Part shown: positions 18,486-28,184 of the stretch, piece after piece | How the letters are laid out: each line of letters opens with the position of its first letter | Numbering within the stretch: the stretch's first letter is position 1 | Source of the DNA: Candidatus Rifleibacteriota bacterium | GTDB taxonomy: Bacteria; Muiribacteriota; Ozemobacteria; Ozemobacterales; Ozemobacteraceae | Assembly: GCA_024710195.1 (NCBI GenBank) | Contig: JANJVH010000061.1 | Location: 1-45,628 of the forward strand | DNA: 45,628 nucleotides | Direction of reading: 5' to 3' | Program-made: the position numbers and the translations under genes | The notes under the pieces: model-generated | Databases searched by the model: none | Told to the model about the DNA's origin: nothing | The model's input: the letters and a program-made list of their open reading frames with translations, nothing else

Positions 18486-20693
18486 CTACCAGGACTGGCT
18501 TAATTCGGTCAGTTCTGATGAGTATTCGAGAATCGGAAAATTATCTTTTACGGTTATGGGACATTTTTTCCAGCTGTCGTCGGGAGTATCCTGCAGTTTC
18601 ATGATTTCGTCGAGAGTCATTCGAGCCTTTATTTCTTTAATAAGCTCGTCATCGTCAGCCGCAAGCTTTCTTTCGACTGACTCGCGGGTAAATACTATCG
18701 GCGATCGGGAAACGACATACATATATCCATTCATGAAGCTCATACAATAGGGGAAAACACTTTCAAGAGTTTTTCTTACCACCATTTGCTGTGCCTGATT
18801 GCCCTTCGAATTGGCGTAGACAAGAAAAATCCCGTTATCGGTCAACCGCTTTGAAACAAGTCTGAGGTATTCTTCTGACAGCAGGTTGCTGCTGCCAGCC
18901 TGCATGAGATACAGCGGCTGCTGGCTTATAAGCTGGAATTTTTTCTCGTCCAGAGCCATACCGGTTCTTGCATCCTGCCAGATAATCTCGCTTTTGGGGT
19001 TGGTAAGAATGCCCAGAGTTTGTTTCGGGTATTCCTGCATGATCAGTTTTATTGACCTGTTTATTTCATAGCTGCGGATTTTCTTTATCTGTGAAGATTT
19101 GGCAAGAGTTGCGGCGGTTATGCCCGTTCCAAGCCCCACGATCATGGCATCGTCGATGGGTGTGTCGGGAGCGCATAAGACCGGCACTACGGCAAGAATC
19201 CAGTTGTGCGAACCAATGTGGCTGCGCCCGTTAGAGAGGGCCGAATGCCAGAGACCATCCCAGATCATGTTTCCTTCAGGGGTAATCTCCGTGATCCCCA
19301 CCGGATCAGAATAAGTTGTGTATTGTTTGTTCGTGTGAGGTGCGACAGAACCATGTATGACCAGCAGAGAAAGAACAGCAATTATCGCTGCGGCCGCCCC
19401 GGGAATGCAGTATCTGTTGCCCCGGGCTGCTTTCGAGTTTCTTAAGAACAGCCAGATTCCGACGCCCAGCATTATTACCGCAAATATCCAGGCATTGAAA
19501 GCATGGTAGATGTTCCCGCCAATCATGGTTGTGACGACTACGCCAATGCAGCTGCCAATGGTGTTGAGCCCCATAAATTTGCCGACATCGGCCCCCCAGT
19601 TTTTGATAAACCGGTTCAACAGCTGGCCGAAAAGAATCCCGAAGACGGCGCAGGGCAGGTAATAGGACATTGTGCCAATTGTGAAGCTCTGATCTGGCGC
19701 GACCAGCCGGTCATACATGATCGAGAGAGGGGTGAATGAAACTGTCAGAGCGCCGATTATGATTGTCGGCAAAACCACGTCTTTGAGATGCCCCGAGAGC
19801 AGCACCCCGCAAGCCCATGCCAGCAGATAAAATGACAATATCAGCGCAAATGTGTGTGGTAAAGGCTCGCTGACCAGTGGTATTACCCTGAAGAGATACA
19901 TTTCGTAGCCGAGCGATACGAAGCCAAGAAAAAAAGTCGCCATTTCTTCATCTCTGAAATGCCACCATCTGGAAAATTGCTGCGTGTCATTGCTGTCATG
20001 CGAAGACTCGTCTGCTGCTGCGGCTGTCTTTTCAATCTCCGATGTTCTCAGGGTAAGTAGTAGCAGGGCTGCGGAAAGATTTAGAACGGCGGCAATAGAG
20101 AGGCAGAAGGTTTGCCCATAAAAGGGGAGAAGCTTCAGCCCTGTCAGCACAGCCCCGCAGAATGCGCCGGCGGTATTGATGAAAAACATGTGGTCTACGA
20201 GCCATGAATTTGCAAACTGCAGCTGGCGATGAGCCCCTTCAGAAGCGACAGGCATGGTCATGCCCATTAACGAACAGGGAATTATCAGCAGTGCGATTCC
20301 TGTCAGTGCATAAAGCAGCTTTATGGGAACTCCAAGAGATATGGCCGCCCGCTGAAAGGCAAAAACGCTGTCACTCATATCGATCTGCAGAAGCAAAAGC
20401 ACCAGTATGTTAACGACGAACAAAGCAGCTTCTATTTTAGCCAGGCTTCTGATCGGGTTTTTCAGCGATGATGCTTTTTTGCCAATGACCAGCGAGCCAA
20501 GCCCGAGGCCAGTCATGAAGACCAGCACAACAATCATGGAACTGATTGCGTCGGCGCCTCCAAGGTAAATCTTTATTGCCCGCTGCCAGACGACCTGGTT
20601 TACCAGCCCTGCAAAGCCTGATAAAAATAAGGTCAGGAACAACAAATTTTCTCTGGATTTTACGTTTTTGCCGGATTCGCTGGTTTTCATCAA
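18486..20693 (-). CDS. fused polytopic membrane (MFS-like) / spermidine-synthase-like (PABS fold) protein
   Basis: 735 aa. The N-terminus has about 12 TM helices. The C-terminus IVGLGTGITAATLAK...IRSYEINRS...LISQQP resembles the Rossmann fold of spermine/spermidine synthase-type aminopropyltransferases. Confidence 0.7.
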   Translation of the reverse strand: MMKTSESGKNVKSRENLLFLTLFLSGFAGLVNQVVWQRAIKIYLGGADAISSMIVVLVFMTGLGLGSLVIGKKASSLKNPIRSLAKIEAALFVVNILVLLLLQIDMSDSVFAFQRAAISLGVPIKLLYALTGIALLIIPCSLMGMTMPVASEGAHRQLQFANSWLVDHMFFINTAGAFCGAVLTGLKLLPFYGQTFCLSIAAVLNLSAALLLLTLRTSEIEKTAAAADESSHDSNDTQQFSRWWHFRDEEMATFFLGFVSLGYEMYLFRVIPLVSEPLPHTFALILSFYLLAWACGVLLSGHLKDVVLPTIIIGALTVSFTPLSIMYDRLVAPDQSFTIGTMSYYLPCAVFGILFGQLLNRFIKNWGADVGKFMGLNTIGSCIGVVVTTMIGGNIYHAFNAWIFAVIMLGVGIWLFLRNSKAARGNRYCIPGAAAAIIAVLSLLVIHGSVAPHTNKQYTTYSDPVGITEITPEGNMIWDGLWHSALSNGRSHIGSHNWILAVVPVLCAPDTPIDDAMIVGLGTGITAATLAKSSQIKKIRSYEINRSIKLIMQEYPKQTLGILTNPKSEIIWQDARTGMALDEKKFQLISQQPLYLMQAGSSNLLSEEYLRLVSKRLTDNGIFLVYANSKGNQAQQMVVRKTLESVFPYCMSFMNGYMYVVSRSPIVFTRESVERKLAADDDELIKEIKARMTLDEIMKLQDTPDDSWKKCPITVKDNFPILEYSSELTELSQSW

Positions 20694-20802
20694 GTTTCCT
20701 GTGTTTATCGGCCTGAAAATGGCCGGGGGATGGCGCTCATTATAACCCCTAACTGTGTGTGTGGCAATTCCTGCCGGGTTTATGCCTTTCTGTATAAAAA
20801 AA

Positions 20803-20838
20803 GCGCAGAGGGGTTCAACACGTGGAATCCCTCTGCGC
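20803..20838. terminator. Bidirectional terminator from the same sequence family as 18413-18444 (GCGCAGAGGGG TTCAACACGTGGAAT CCCTCTGCGC)
   Basis: A 10-bp GC stem is flanked by AAAAAA upstream and TTTT downstream. It terminates the minus-strand HTH gene. Confidence 0.6.
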
Positions 20839-20860
20839 TTTTGTCGCCTTTACTGGTGAT

Positions 20861-21196
20861 TTATTCGGAAGCCTTTGCCGGTGCAAGGTTTAAAGATTCG
20901 GCGAGCTGTTCGATCGTTGTTCTTCGCAGTTTCGCCCCTGATTTTTCGAGCAGGTCAAGGGCTACCACAGGAATGCCCATCTTGCCGGCCACTTCTTCCT
21001 GGGTGAGGTTCAGGCATTTACGCCATTCACTGACAAGAACGCGTCCGTCATCTTCGAGATTCATGTGACTCAGGTCTGCTCCTTCGAGGTTAACCGTCGA
21101 TGCTTTTATCAGGTCGAGAAACACTGAGTAAGGAAGAACTGCATAATCCTGGCCATTCTTCGAAACCTTCTTGTGATCGATCTCTTTATTTTTCAT
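20861..21196 (-). CDS. XRE-family HTH protein with an N-terminal Phd/YefM-like segment (antitoxin-like, orphan)
   Basis: 111 aa. WRKCLNLTQEEVAGKMGIPVVALDLLEKSG is an HTH_XRE motif. The N-terminus NGQDYAVLPYSVFLDLIKA resembles the YefM/Phd beta-strand/helix segment. Confidence 0.55.
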   Translation of the reverse strand: MKNKEIDHKKVSKNGQDYAVLPYSVFLDLIKASTVNLEGADLSHMNLEDDGRVLVSEWRKCLNLTQEEVAGKMGIPVVALDLLEKSGAKLRRTTIEQLAESLNLAPAKASE

Positions 21197-21555
21197 TGCC
21201 TGCCCCCCACGCCTTAATGTCGCTCTTACTTTTTGTCTCTCTAGGTTTGTGAAATAATCTTACAAATGATACCGCCCTGTATCCCGCAAGATTTATACCC
21301 ATTTATCCGTCGCAAAATATTCGAAAGGTTTACACTCTTCCCGGGGCGGCTGCAGCGTGGCCGGTATTGTGAAAAATCTCGCATGCGGCCAGCTCGAAAA
21401 ATTGAAAAATCGCCAATAATGTCGTTACAGCCAGTCCGGTTGTGCGACAAAAACGTCGCGCAACCCGCTGAAAAACATTGCCGGGGAAAAATTCCTTTAC
21501 GCAGCCCTGTAAAAAATTTTTGCAGGGAAAATTTCTTCGGTGGCTGAGCTTCGCG

Positions 21556-22644
21556 TCAATCCCAGATGATGCCGTCGACGTGGTCGATGCCGAGGCCGGG
21601 GGCTTCTGAGACTTTCAGCCAGGGACCTTCGATTTCGATGCCGCCATGTACCGGGTCGGTCGAACAGAGGGCGGGGCTGTCGAGGTCGCATCTGGTTATG
21701 ATGCTTCTGGCGCAGGCGAGGTGAGCGGCGGCCGTGACGCTGATCTTGGTTTCCATCATGCAGCCCAGAAAACATTCGACATTGTGCATCTCAGCGAGAG
21801 CGCAGATGCGCATGGCGCCACGCAGACCGCCGGTTTTCATCAGCTTGATGTTGATGTAGTCAGCGGCACCCATCGAGATGATCTTTTCGGCGTCGATGGC
21901 TGAAAAAACCGCTTCGTCAGCCAATACCGGGGTTTCGATGCTTTCTTTGACCATGCGCAGGCCTTCGAGGTCATGTGCCAGCACCGGCTGTTCGAGCAGT
22001 TCGATGCCGGTGATTTCTGACTCGATCTCGCGCATGATTTTTACGGCTTCGCGCGCGCTCCAGCCCTGATTGGCGTCGAGTCGCAGCACGGTCATCGGCC
22101 CGCAGGCCTCTTTAACCGCCATGATTCTTTCGATATCGAGAGCCGGGTTGAGGCCGACCTTGAGCTTGAGGATTCTGAAGCCTCTGTCGATGGCGATTCT
22201 GCTGTCGCGTGCCATTTCTTCCGGGCTGTTGACGCTGATGGTAAGATCGGTTTCGACCTGGTTGCGGTAACCGCCAAGTAGACGGTAAAGCGGTATCTGG
22301 TATTTCTTTCCGAACAGGTCGTAAATCGCCATTTCTACAGCGGCTTTGGCGCTGGTGTTCTTGACCATCGAGCTGTCGAGCGTATTGAGAGTGTCTTCGA
22401 GATTGGCGATTTCTTTGCCTTTCAGTTTTGGCAGCATGAATTCATGAATCGCCCCGCGCACACTGCCGATCGATTCACCGGTGATCGGCCCGGTCGGGTG
22501 TGCTTCACCGATTCCGGTTATGCCGGCGTCGGTCTCGACTGAGACGACAACCGATTTGATACTGTCGATGGTGCGCAGCGAGGTCTTGAACGGGGTGCGC
22601 AGCGGTACAGAGATCAGGCCTGTCTTGATATTGGTTATATGCAT
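21556..22644 (-). CDS. L-Ala-D/L-Glu epimerase (enolase superfamily, YkfB-like)
   Basis: 362 aa. Shows the enolase-superfamily barrel with KLKVG, LDANQGW and the catalytic Lys/Asp pattern of dipeptide epimerases. It is co-oriented with the NlpC/P60 gene upstream. Confidence 0.85.
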   Translation of the reverse strand: MHITNIKTGLISVPLRTPFKTSLRTIDSIKSVVVSVETDAGITGIGEAHPTGPITGESIGSVRGAIHEFMLPKLKGKEIANLEDTLNTLDSSMVKNTSAKAAVEMAIYDLFGKKYQIPLYRLLGGYRNQVETDLTISVNSPEEMARDSRIAIDRGFRILKLKVGLNPALDIERIMAVKEACGPMTVLRLDANQGWSAREAVKIMREIESEITGIELLEQPVLAHDLEGLRMVKESIETPVLADEAVFSAIDAEKIISMGAADYINIKLMKTGGLRGAMRICALAEMHNVECFLGCMMETKISVTAAAHLACARSIITRCDLDSPALCSTDPVHGGIEIEGPWLKVSEAPGLGIDHVDGIIWD

Positions 22645-22658
22645 TTTTTTCTCCGGTT

Positions 22659-24101
22659 TTACTGTTTCGGGCTTTCGCCAAGCACGAATTCACGCGCGGC
22701 ATAGATGCCTTCGAGGTATTTTCTGCCGTCAGATAGGAAAGTCGCCAGCAGCGGGGTAACGAAAACACATCTGGCGGTCGAACTCTTGAGCTTGCCATCA
22801 GCATCAGGAACTCTGAAACCGGCAAAATCATGGATTATGTAGTAATCGTCGCTGCGTTTACCCAGATAGAGCATGGCATGGCCGGCCATGTAAATCGGTG
22901 TGCCGGCCGGCAGCCGGTCGAAAATTGCCCGGCGCTCTTCGAGAGTCATCTCTTTTGTGAGACTGTGGGTTATGCCCACTGCCTGTTTGCCCTGTTCGCC
23001 GGCATTGCGTGGCAGCAGAACGCCCATGCTGCGGTAGTTGTCCATGATAAAGGCACTGCAGTCGCGGGTATTGAACATGCCGCCCCAGCCGTAACGCTGC
23101 CCGAGAAACTTAAAGGCCTGGGTGATGATGTTGCGTCTGGTCAACGGCAGATAGCCGACGCGCACGTCTTCGGAACGGGCAATCAGGCCGATTCTGAATT
23201 CGAGCTGCCCGTCAGTGCCACGTGCCGGCAGTTTAACCACGTAATTGCCTGCCGGGTGCTGGCCGTCGATATCCATGGGTATTTCAGCGGCTTCGGCCAG
23301 AGGAATTCTGGCGCCCATATCCAGCTGCAGCTCTGAAATTTCAGGGCGCAGCGGGTTGTAGCCGGTAAAAATGCCTTTGCCGGTAACGACCAGAAAATTT
23401 TTCGCGTCAAGATAGTCGAAGAGGGGTTTGCGCTCAGAAAAGGCTACCGCTTCTGCCGGAAGCCAGGCCAGATAATTGTATGACTGTGCAAACAGCCACT
23501 TTCCGTCGGCGCTGGTGTGCAGAATTGCCAGGGGTTCGACCGGGTAGAGAGCGGTTTCGATAAACATGTCGCTTTCGAAGTCTTTCGGTTCTGAAAAGAC
23601 CCGCTCAGCGGTCGGGAAAGCCCGCATTTCGGTGCGCCTGATGGTGATGCCGAACCTGACCTGGGTAAGATTGGCGATTTTTTCAAGATTGAGTTGCTTT
23701 TCGAGGGCGGCGTAAAATTCTTCGCCGACTTCCTGCCCGGCGAGATAGCGCTTGTTTTTTGGACGGGCACTGACTTTGCCGAGCATTTCCCTGAGCTTGT
23801 CGCCGCTGACGGCAGCCGGGTAGGTGCGCAGATCCTTGAGAACTTCGCATTCCTTGAAGCCGCGGCGATTGTAGCGTTCGATCTGAGCCGGCGTCATGAT
23901 AATGGCGTCAGGGCTGGCGATGCCGTCGAGCCAGAATGAGGCATAGAGCATCTCTTCGCTGACCCCGGGAATATTGAGTTCAAACTGCACGAAGTGTTTT
24001 TCGCTGTTCGGCCGGCACGCTGCAGCTGAGGCGGTGAAGCAGCAGCCGAAGATTGCCAGGACCGGAACACATATTTTCAACAGGCTTTTGAGGGTTTTCA
24101 T
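22659..24101 (-). CDS. gamma-D-glutamyl-L-diamino-acid endopeptidase (YkfC-like, two SH3b domains plus NlpC/P60)
   Basis: True start at 24101: signal peptide MKTLKSLLKICVPVLAIFGCCFTASAAA with a GGAG RBS. The C-terminal NlpC/P60 domain has DCSAFIMDNYRSMG (catalytic Cys) and His. The long 5' extension in the ORF track is Arg-rich and spurious. Confidence 0.8.
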   Translation of the reverse strand: MKTLKSLLKICVPVLAIFGCCFTASAAACRPNSEKHFVQFELNIPGVSEEMLYASFWLDGIASPDAIIMTPAQIERYNRRGFKECEVLKDLRTYPAAVSGDKLREMLGKVSARPKNKRYLAGQEVGEEFYAALEKQLNLEKIANLTQVRFGITIRRTEMRAFPTAERVFSEPKDFESDMFIETALYPVEPLAILHTSADGKWLFAQSYNYLAWLPAEAVAFSERKPLFDYLDAKNFLVVTGKGIFTGYNPLRPEISELQLDMGARIPLAEAAEIPMDIDGQHPAGNYVVKLPARGTDGQLEFRIGLIARSEDVRVGYLPLTRRNIITQAFKFLGQRYGWGGMFNTRDCSAFIMDNYRSMGVLLPRNAGEQGKQAVGITHSLTKEMTLEERRAIFDRLPAGTPIYMAGHAMLYLGKRSDDYYIIHDFAGFRVPDADGKLKSSTARCVFVTPLLATFLSDGRKYLEGIYAAREFVLGESPKQ

Positions 24102-24118
24102 CGAATTTGCTCCGTTGC

Positions 24119-25276
24119 TCAGATCATTGACAGAATTTTGCCGACGAGCAGTCCGCCGCCGGTGCCGATAACGTAGCCAACCATAGACATCAGAACGCCG
24201 ACCGGCACCAGCACTTCGCTGTAGGCGGCGGCAAGAATCGGGGCCGAGGCAACGCCGCCAATATTGGCCAGACTGGCGACGCCGCAGGTGAACAGGTCGA
24301 GTTTGAAGATTCTCGCAATCAGCGCCAGAAGAACCGCATGAATGACCAGAATCAGAAAGCCGCAGAAGATGTAGAACGGCGCCTGCGACAGTTCGGCAAA
24401 ATTGGCGCGTGAGCCGATCAGGGCCACAATCAGATAAAGCATCAGGCTGGCGAGCATCGAGATGCCCGAGGTCCTGCCAAGCGGGGTGAGGGCCGCAATG
24501 ATGCCGGCGGCGGTGGCGATGAGAACTACCCAGCTGTAGGTCGAAACGAACGATGAGATCGGCAGCATCGGTGCCACATACTGTGCAACGGCAGCGACCA
24601 TGAAGCTGGTACCGAGCAGCAGAATGAGATCGTGAAAGGTGGTTGGCAGTGGCTGATCGGTTTTTTCGCTCATCAGGCTGGCGCCGACCGCGTCGATCTG
24701 GCTGGTGTCGGCTTTGGTCCAGTTGTTGAAATGGCGGGCATAGGGTACCGCCATCAGCAGCAGCATAACCCATACCGCATAGTTGACCGAATCCATGATC
24801 AGGGTGTAGCCCATCTGTGAATCTGCGACTCCGAGTGCCAGCTGAATTGCGGCCATATTGCCGGTGCCGCCCATCCAGGAGCCGCAAAGGGCTGCGAAGG
24901 TTTTCCAGGTGTGCGGCTCAAAGTGACCTTTGAAAAGAAAATAGACGACGATGAAGCCGGTGGCGATCGTGAATGAGGCTGAGAAAAAGCCCAGCAGCAT
25001 GCGCGGCCCGAGCTTGAGAATCTTCTTCAGGTCGCAGTGCAGCAGCATCAGAAAGATCATTGCCGGTAGAATGTTGTTTTTGAGCTGGGTGTAGTAAAAG
25101 TTGATTTCGTCGGTCTGTTTCCAGAAGCCGAGAGTCGACAGTGTCATCACCAGAAAATACAGCACGACGATGCCGGGCACATATTCGAAAAAAGTGCGAA
25201 ATTTCTTGTCGAGCTGCACGATTACCGCTGCAATGAACAGCAGTGCCGCAATGAATGCAAAGCCACTTTCAATCAT
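24119..25276 (-). CDS. DUF819 family polytopic membrane protein (putative murein-peptide permease)
   Basis: 385 aa with about 10-11 TM helices and a DUF819-like architecture. It heads an operon with the YkfC-like and YkfB-like genes, separated by 17-nt and 14-nt gaps. Confidence 0.65.
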   Translation of the reverse strand: MIESGFAFIAALLFIAAVIVQLDKKFRTFFEYVPGIVVLYFLVMTLSTLGFWKQTDEINFYYTQLKNNILPAMIFLMLLHCDLKKILKLGPRMLLGFFSASFTIATGFIVVYFLFKGHFEPHTWKTFAALCGSWMGGTGNMAAIQLALGVADSQMGYTLIMDSVNYAVWVMLLLMAVPYARHFNNWTKADTSQIDAVGASLMSEKTDQPLPTTFHDLILLLGTSFMVAAVAQYVAPMLPISSFVSTYSWVVLIATAAGIIAALTPLGRTSGISMLASLMLYLIVALIGSRANFAELSQAPFYIFCGFLILVIHAVLLALIARIFKLDLFTCGVASLANIGGVASAPILAAAYSEVLVPVGVLMSMVGYVIGTGGGLLVGKILSMI

Positions 25277-25544
25277 CCGGGTTTCTCCCTGTTTAAGCCT
25301 CTACCGCCCGGGTGTTTTTATGCAGAATCGTGCAATCATGCTTATGTTGATCAGTTTCAGCCCGTCAGACTTCTTGCTGATACGCATCTGCATTTTTTGT
25401 GAATTGGCGGTCGGTGTGTACGAACCCCTGAATTATACCGTTAAACCGCCAACAAGCAAACTTTTTCACCACATCTCAGGGCAAACTTACCAGTTTTTCC
25501 CTTTTGAGTCATCCGCTGTCCACAGCAGGGCAATGGCATCCCGA

Positions 25545-26309
25545 TTAAGGCTGCTTGAGGCAGAGCCGCGGCATCAATGCGAACACTCCCCAGCCAAGAT
25601 GTTCGCGTGTGTAAGCAGCGTGACGTTCGGGCTCGGAAGCTAGTTTGGCCTGCACCTCTCCGGCCAGTTCATCATTTGGATTGGCTTCAAGCCATCGGCG
25701 CATTGTGAGCCATTTGGCCGCCTCGTATCTGTCCCAGCCATCCTGATTGGCCAGCACCATTTCAACAACGTCGTAGCCCAGGCGGCTGAAAGACGCGAGC
25801 AGTTCCGGCAGTAGAAGAAAGTCAGAAATTGCCCTGGCCAGACACTTTCTGGCGATATCCTCCGTTGACGGCAATTGCCGCCAGTAAGGTTCGCCGATGA
25901 GGATAATGCCTCCGTTGCACAGGCTGCGCGCAAGAAGTTCGATGGTGCCGGCGACTCCTCCTGCGATCCAGGTCGCACCGATGCAGGCGGCCACATTGAC
26001 TTTCCTGTCTGAAACGTAACCCGCGGCATCCCCATGAATGAATTTGACGCGATCAGTGACTCCCAGTTCTTCTGCACGGCGATTCGCCTGCTCGCTGAAC
26101 AGCTGGCTCATATCGATGCCTGTGCCGACAATACCGTGGTCGCGGGCCCAGGTGCACAGCATCTCGCCTGAGCCGCTGCCGAGGTCTAAAATACTGTCTC
26201 CCGGTTTCAGGCGCAAAGCCGCACCGAGAGTGGAGAACTTGTCGGGTGAGAATGGGTTGTGAATTCGGTGCGCACTCTCCATGATGTTGAATATCCGTGG
26301 GATGTCCAT
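25545..26309 (-). CDS. class I SAM-dependent methyltransferase
   Basis: Start MDIPRIFNIM at 26309, 13 nt after the upstream gene. Motif I ILDLGSGSGEM is followed by the post-I acidic residue and motif II. Confidence 0.7.
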   Translation of the reverse strand: MDIPRIFNIMESAHRIHNPFSPDKFSTLGAALRLKPGDSILDLGSGSGEMLCTWARDHGIVGTGIDMSQLFSEQANRRAEELGVTDRVKFIHGDAAGYVSDRKVNVAACIGATWIAGGVAGTIELLARSLCNGGIILIGEPYWRQLPSTEDIARKCLARAISDFLLLPELLASFSRLGYDVVEMVLANQDGWDRYEAAKWLTMRRWLEANPNDELAGEVQAKLASEPERHAAYTREHLGWGVFALMPRLCLKQP

Positions 26310-26322
26310 TGTGTAAATGTCC

Positions 26323-27246
26323 TCAGCGGGTTTGCTGCTGCAGGGCCGTGCAGGCGGCCTGATCGAGAATGGTCGGGAAATAGATCTGCGCGAAGCCGGG
26401 CATGTCGATCTGTTTTTCTCTGCCGGTTGCCAGATCGCGGACGATCGTTTCGAAACGGCCGTCTCTGAGCGAGCGGTAGATGAGAGTGCTGCCGTCAGAA
26501 CTGGTCGAGGGCTGCCAGTCATACATGCGGCCGTTGGTGATGTTTTCGTATTCCCAGTGGCCGGTGCTGTCTTTGAAAAGTTCGAAAACGCTTCCGGTCT
26601 GGCCGACTCTTCTGACGAAAAACATGCGGCCGGTCGCGGCGTTGACATGACTCTGCCAGTTCTGCCCGCCCCTGACGATTGTCTGCTCATTGCCACTGCT
26701 GAGCTCGCGGTGGTTGATAGTAAAACCTTCACTGGTAACCCGTGACAGCATTATCAGATCAGGGTTCAGCCACGCCAGCTGGCCGCCGGCCAGATCTTCA
26801 AATTCGAAGGGTTCGAAGCCGCCATCAGGGTAATTGACAACACCGGTCTGAACGAAGCCGTTGCTGAGAGCTCTGACGCAGAGAATGCGGTCGTCAAATG
26901 GCGACGGAACCGGCCAGCCGAGACTGCCGAACGGGTCGTTCAATTCCCAGACGGTTTTGCCCTGGCTGTCGAGTGCCACCAGACCGTAATTGCCGTTCTG
27001 CTGCTCTCTCGATGCCAGAATAAGCTCTTTTTGCTGCCACCAGCAGGCATTTCCTTCTTTCTGCGGGGTTTTAGACAGATTGACAGCCCTGCCGCCGTTC
27101 GCTTCGGGAACCCAAAGGTATATATCTGAAGATTCATTGACGACGCCGACAAAAAGCAGGCCGGCGGGTATTTCCTGGGCAGAAGCGGTTATGGCGGTTA
27201 TCAGCATGACTGCGAGCAGCATTAATTTTTTCACGGGGTACCTCAT
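26323..27246 (-). CDS. secreted hypothetical protein (beta-propeller-like)
   Basis: Signal peptide MRYPVKKLMLLAVMLITAITASAQE. It contains repeated Gly/Asp/Trp-containing beta-strand segments. No firm family assignment. Confidence 0.45.
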   Translation of the reverse strand: MRYPVKKLMLLAVMLITAITASAQEIPAGLLFVGVVNESSDIYLWVPEANGGRAVNLSKTPQKEGNACWWQQKELILASREQQNGNYGLVALDSQGKTVWELNDPFGSLGWPVPSPFDDRILCVRALSNGFVQTGVVNYPDGGFEPFEFEDLAGGQLAWLNPDLIMLSRVTSEGFTINHRELSSGNEQTIVRGGQNWQSHVNAATGRMFFVRRVGQTGSVFELFKDSTGHWEYENITNGRMYDWQPSTSSDGSTLIYRSLRDGRFETIVRDLATGREKQIDMPGFAQIYFPTILDQAACTALQQQTR

Positions 27247-27377
27247 TTGATAAAGTTCCAAAAACGATAATATCACAAAATTTAGTGAGTTTGTCCTGCA
27301 AGCCATGCTTCGTTTCTGCTATGATTTTTTGAGAAATGTGATACTTTTTAAAGAGGAACACAAAAAGGGGGGCAGCT

Positions 27378-28184
27378 ATGGTTGAAAAGATTCAGCTTGT
27401 ACCCGGTTCGGTTACGAACCACGGCAAAGCGTCAGGTAAAGGCAGAAACGCCGACAAGGGCTCCGGTGGCGCTGCTCTTCAAAATCTGAATGTTGATGAA
27501 TTTGGTCTTTCCGGCGATGCAAAAAACAAGGTGATCTGGGCCCGGTCGCAGTTCGAGCTGAATTATCAGGTTCTGCGCTCGGTTAACTCAGCTAACGGTT
27601 TTGAGACCTCACGGGAAACCTTTTCTTTCCGCTCTGCCTATGAATTCATGCAGCGTGCCTCTGGTGAAGAGGCGACCGTGCCGGTCCGGGAAGGCAGCGA
27701 CACCCCGGCAACCGAAGAAACTGGCGAAGAAGATCAGCTGACCGCCCTGCAGGAATATTTTTCTCCAGAAAATACCGCCCGTCGTATTCTAGACGTGGCA
27801 ACCAGTTTTTTTTCGCTGAGCGAGGTTTTTAAAGCCGAAGGCGAAAGTGAAGCCTCCCGTCAGAAATTTGCCGATTTTATCGGTGGTGCCATCAGTGAGG
27901 GTTTTCGTCAGGCCAGGGCAATTCTCGGCGAGCTGCCGGAGGACGTCAAAGCCGGTATCGATAAAACCAACTCACTGGTTTTTGCCGGTCTCGATGATTT
28001 TGTGAAAAACGGTATCGATCCCGAAAAGGCCCGGTCGGGTGGTGTTTTTGAGAAAATTGCAGCCTATCGCCGCGAATCGGCGGCACAGCTTGCCCGCAGT
28101 CTGAAGCAGACAAATGCGGTTGCCTACAACGCCAACGGCGAGATTCAGACCCCGGTTGACCCGAAAGTTTCGACAAAAGGCTAA
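27378..28184 (+). CDS. acidic hypothetical protein
   Basis: 268 aa. An AAGGGGGG RBS precedes the start. Glu-rich with no TM helices and no confidently recognised domain. Confidence 0.45.
   Translation: MVEKIQLVPGSVTNHGKASGKGRNADKGSGGAALQNLNVDEFGLSGDAKNKVIWARSQFELNYQVLRSVNSANGFETSRETFSFRSAYEFMQRASGEEATVPVREGSDTPATEETGEEDQLTALQEYFSPENTARRILDVATSFFSLSEVFKAEGESEASRQKFADFIGGAISEGFRQARAILGELPEDVKAGIDKTNSLVFAGLDDFVKNGIDPEKARSGGVFEKIAAYRRESAAQLARSLKQTNAVAYNANGEIQTPVDPKVSTKG

Noticed and set aside
24102-24887. Long N-terminal extension of the NlpC/P60 ORF (the track shows a 742-aa product)
   Set aside because: The extension is Arg/His-rich low complexity and overlaps the DUF819 gene on the same strand in another frame. 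A signal peptide with a GGAG RBS begins at 24101, so the real product is 480 aa.
26310-26732. N-terminal extension of the methyltransferase ORF (the track shows 395 aa)
   Set aside because: It overlaps the 3' end of the upstream secreted-protein gene. It has a Ser/Ala/Arg-rich composition and no motifs. The methyltransferase fold starts at MDIPRIF (26309).
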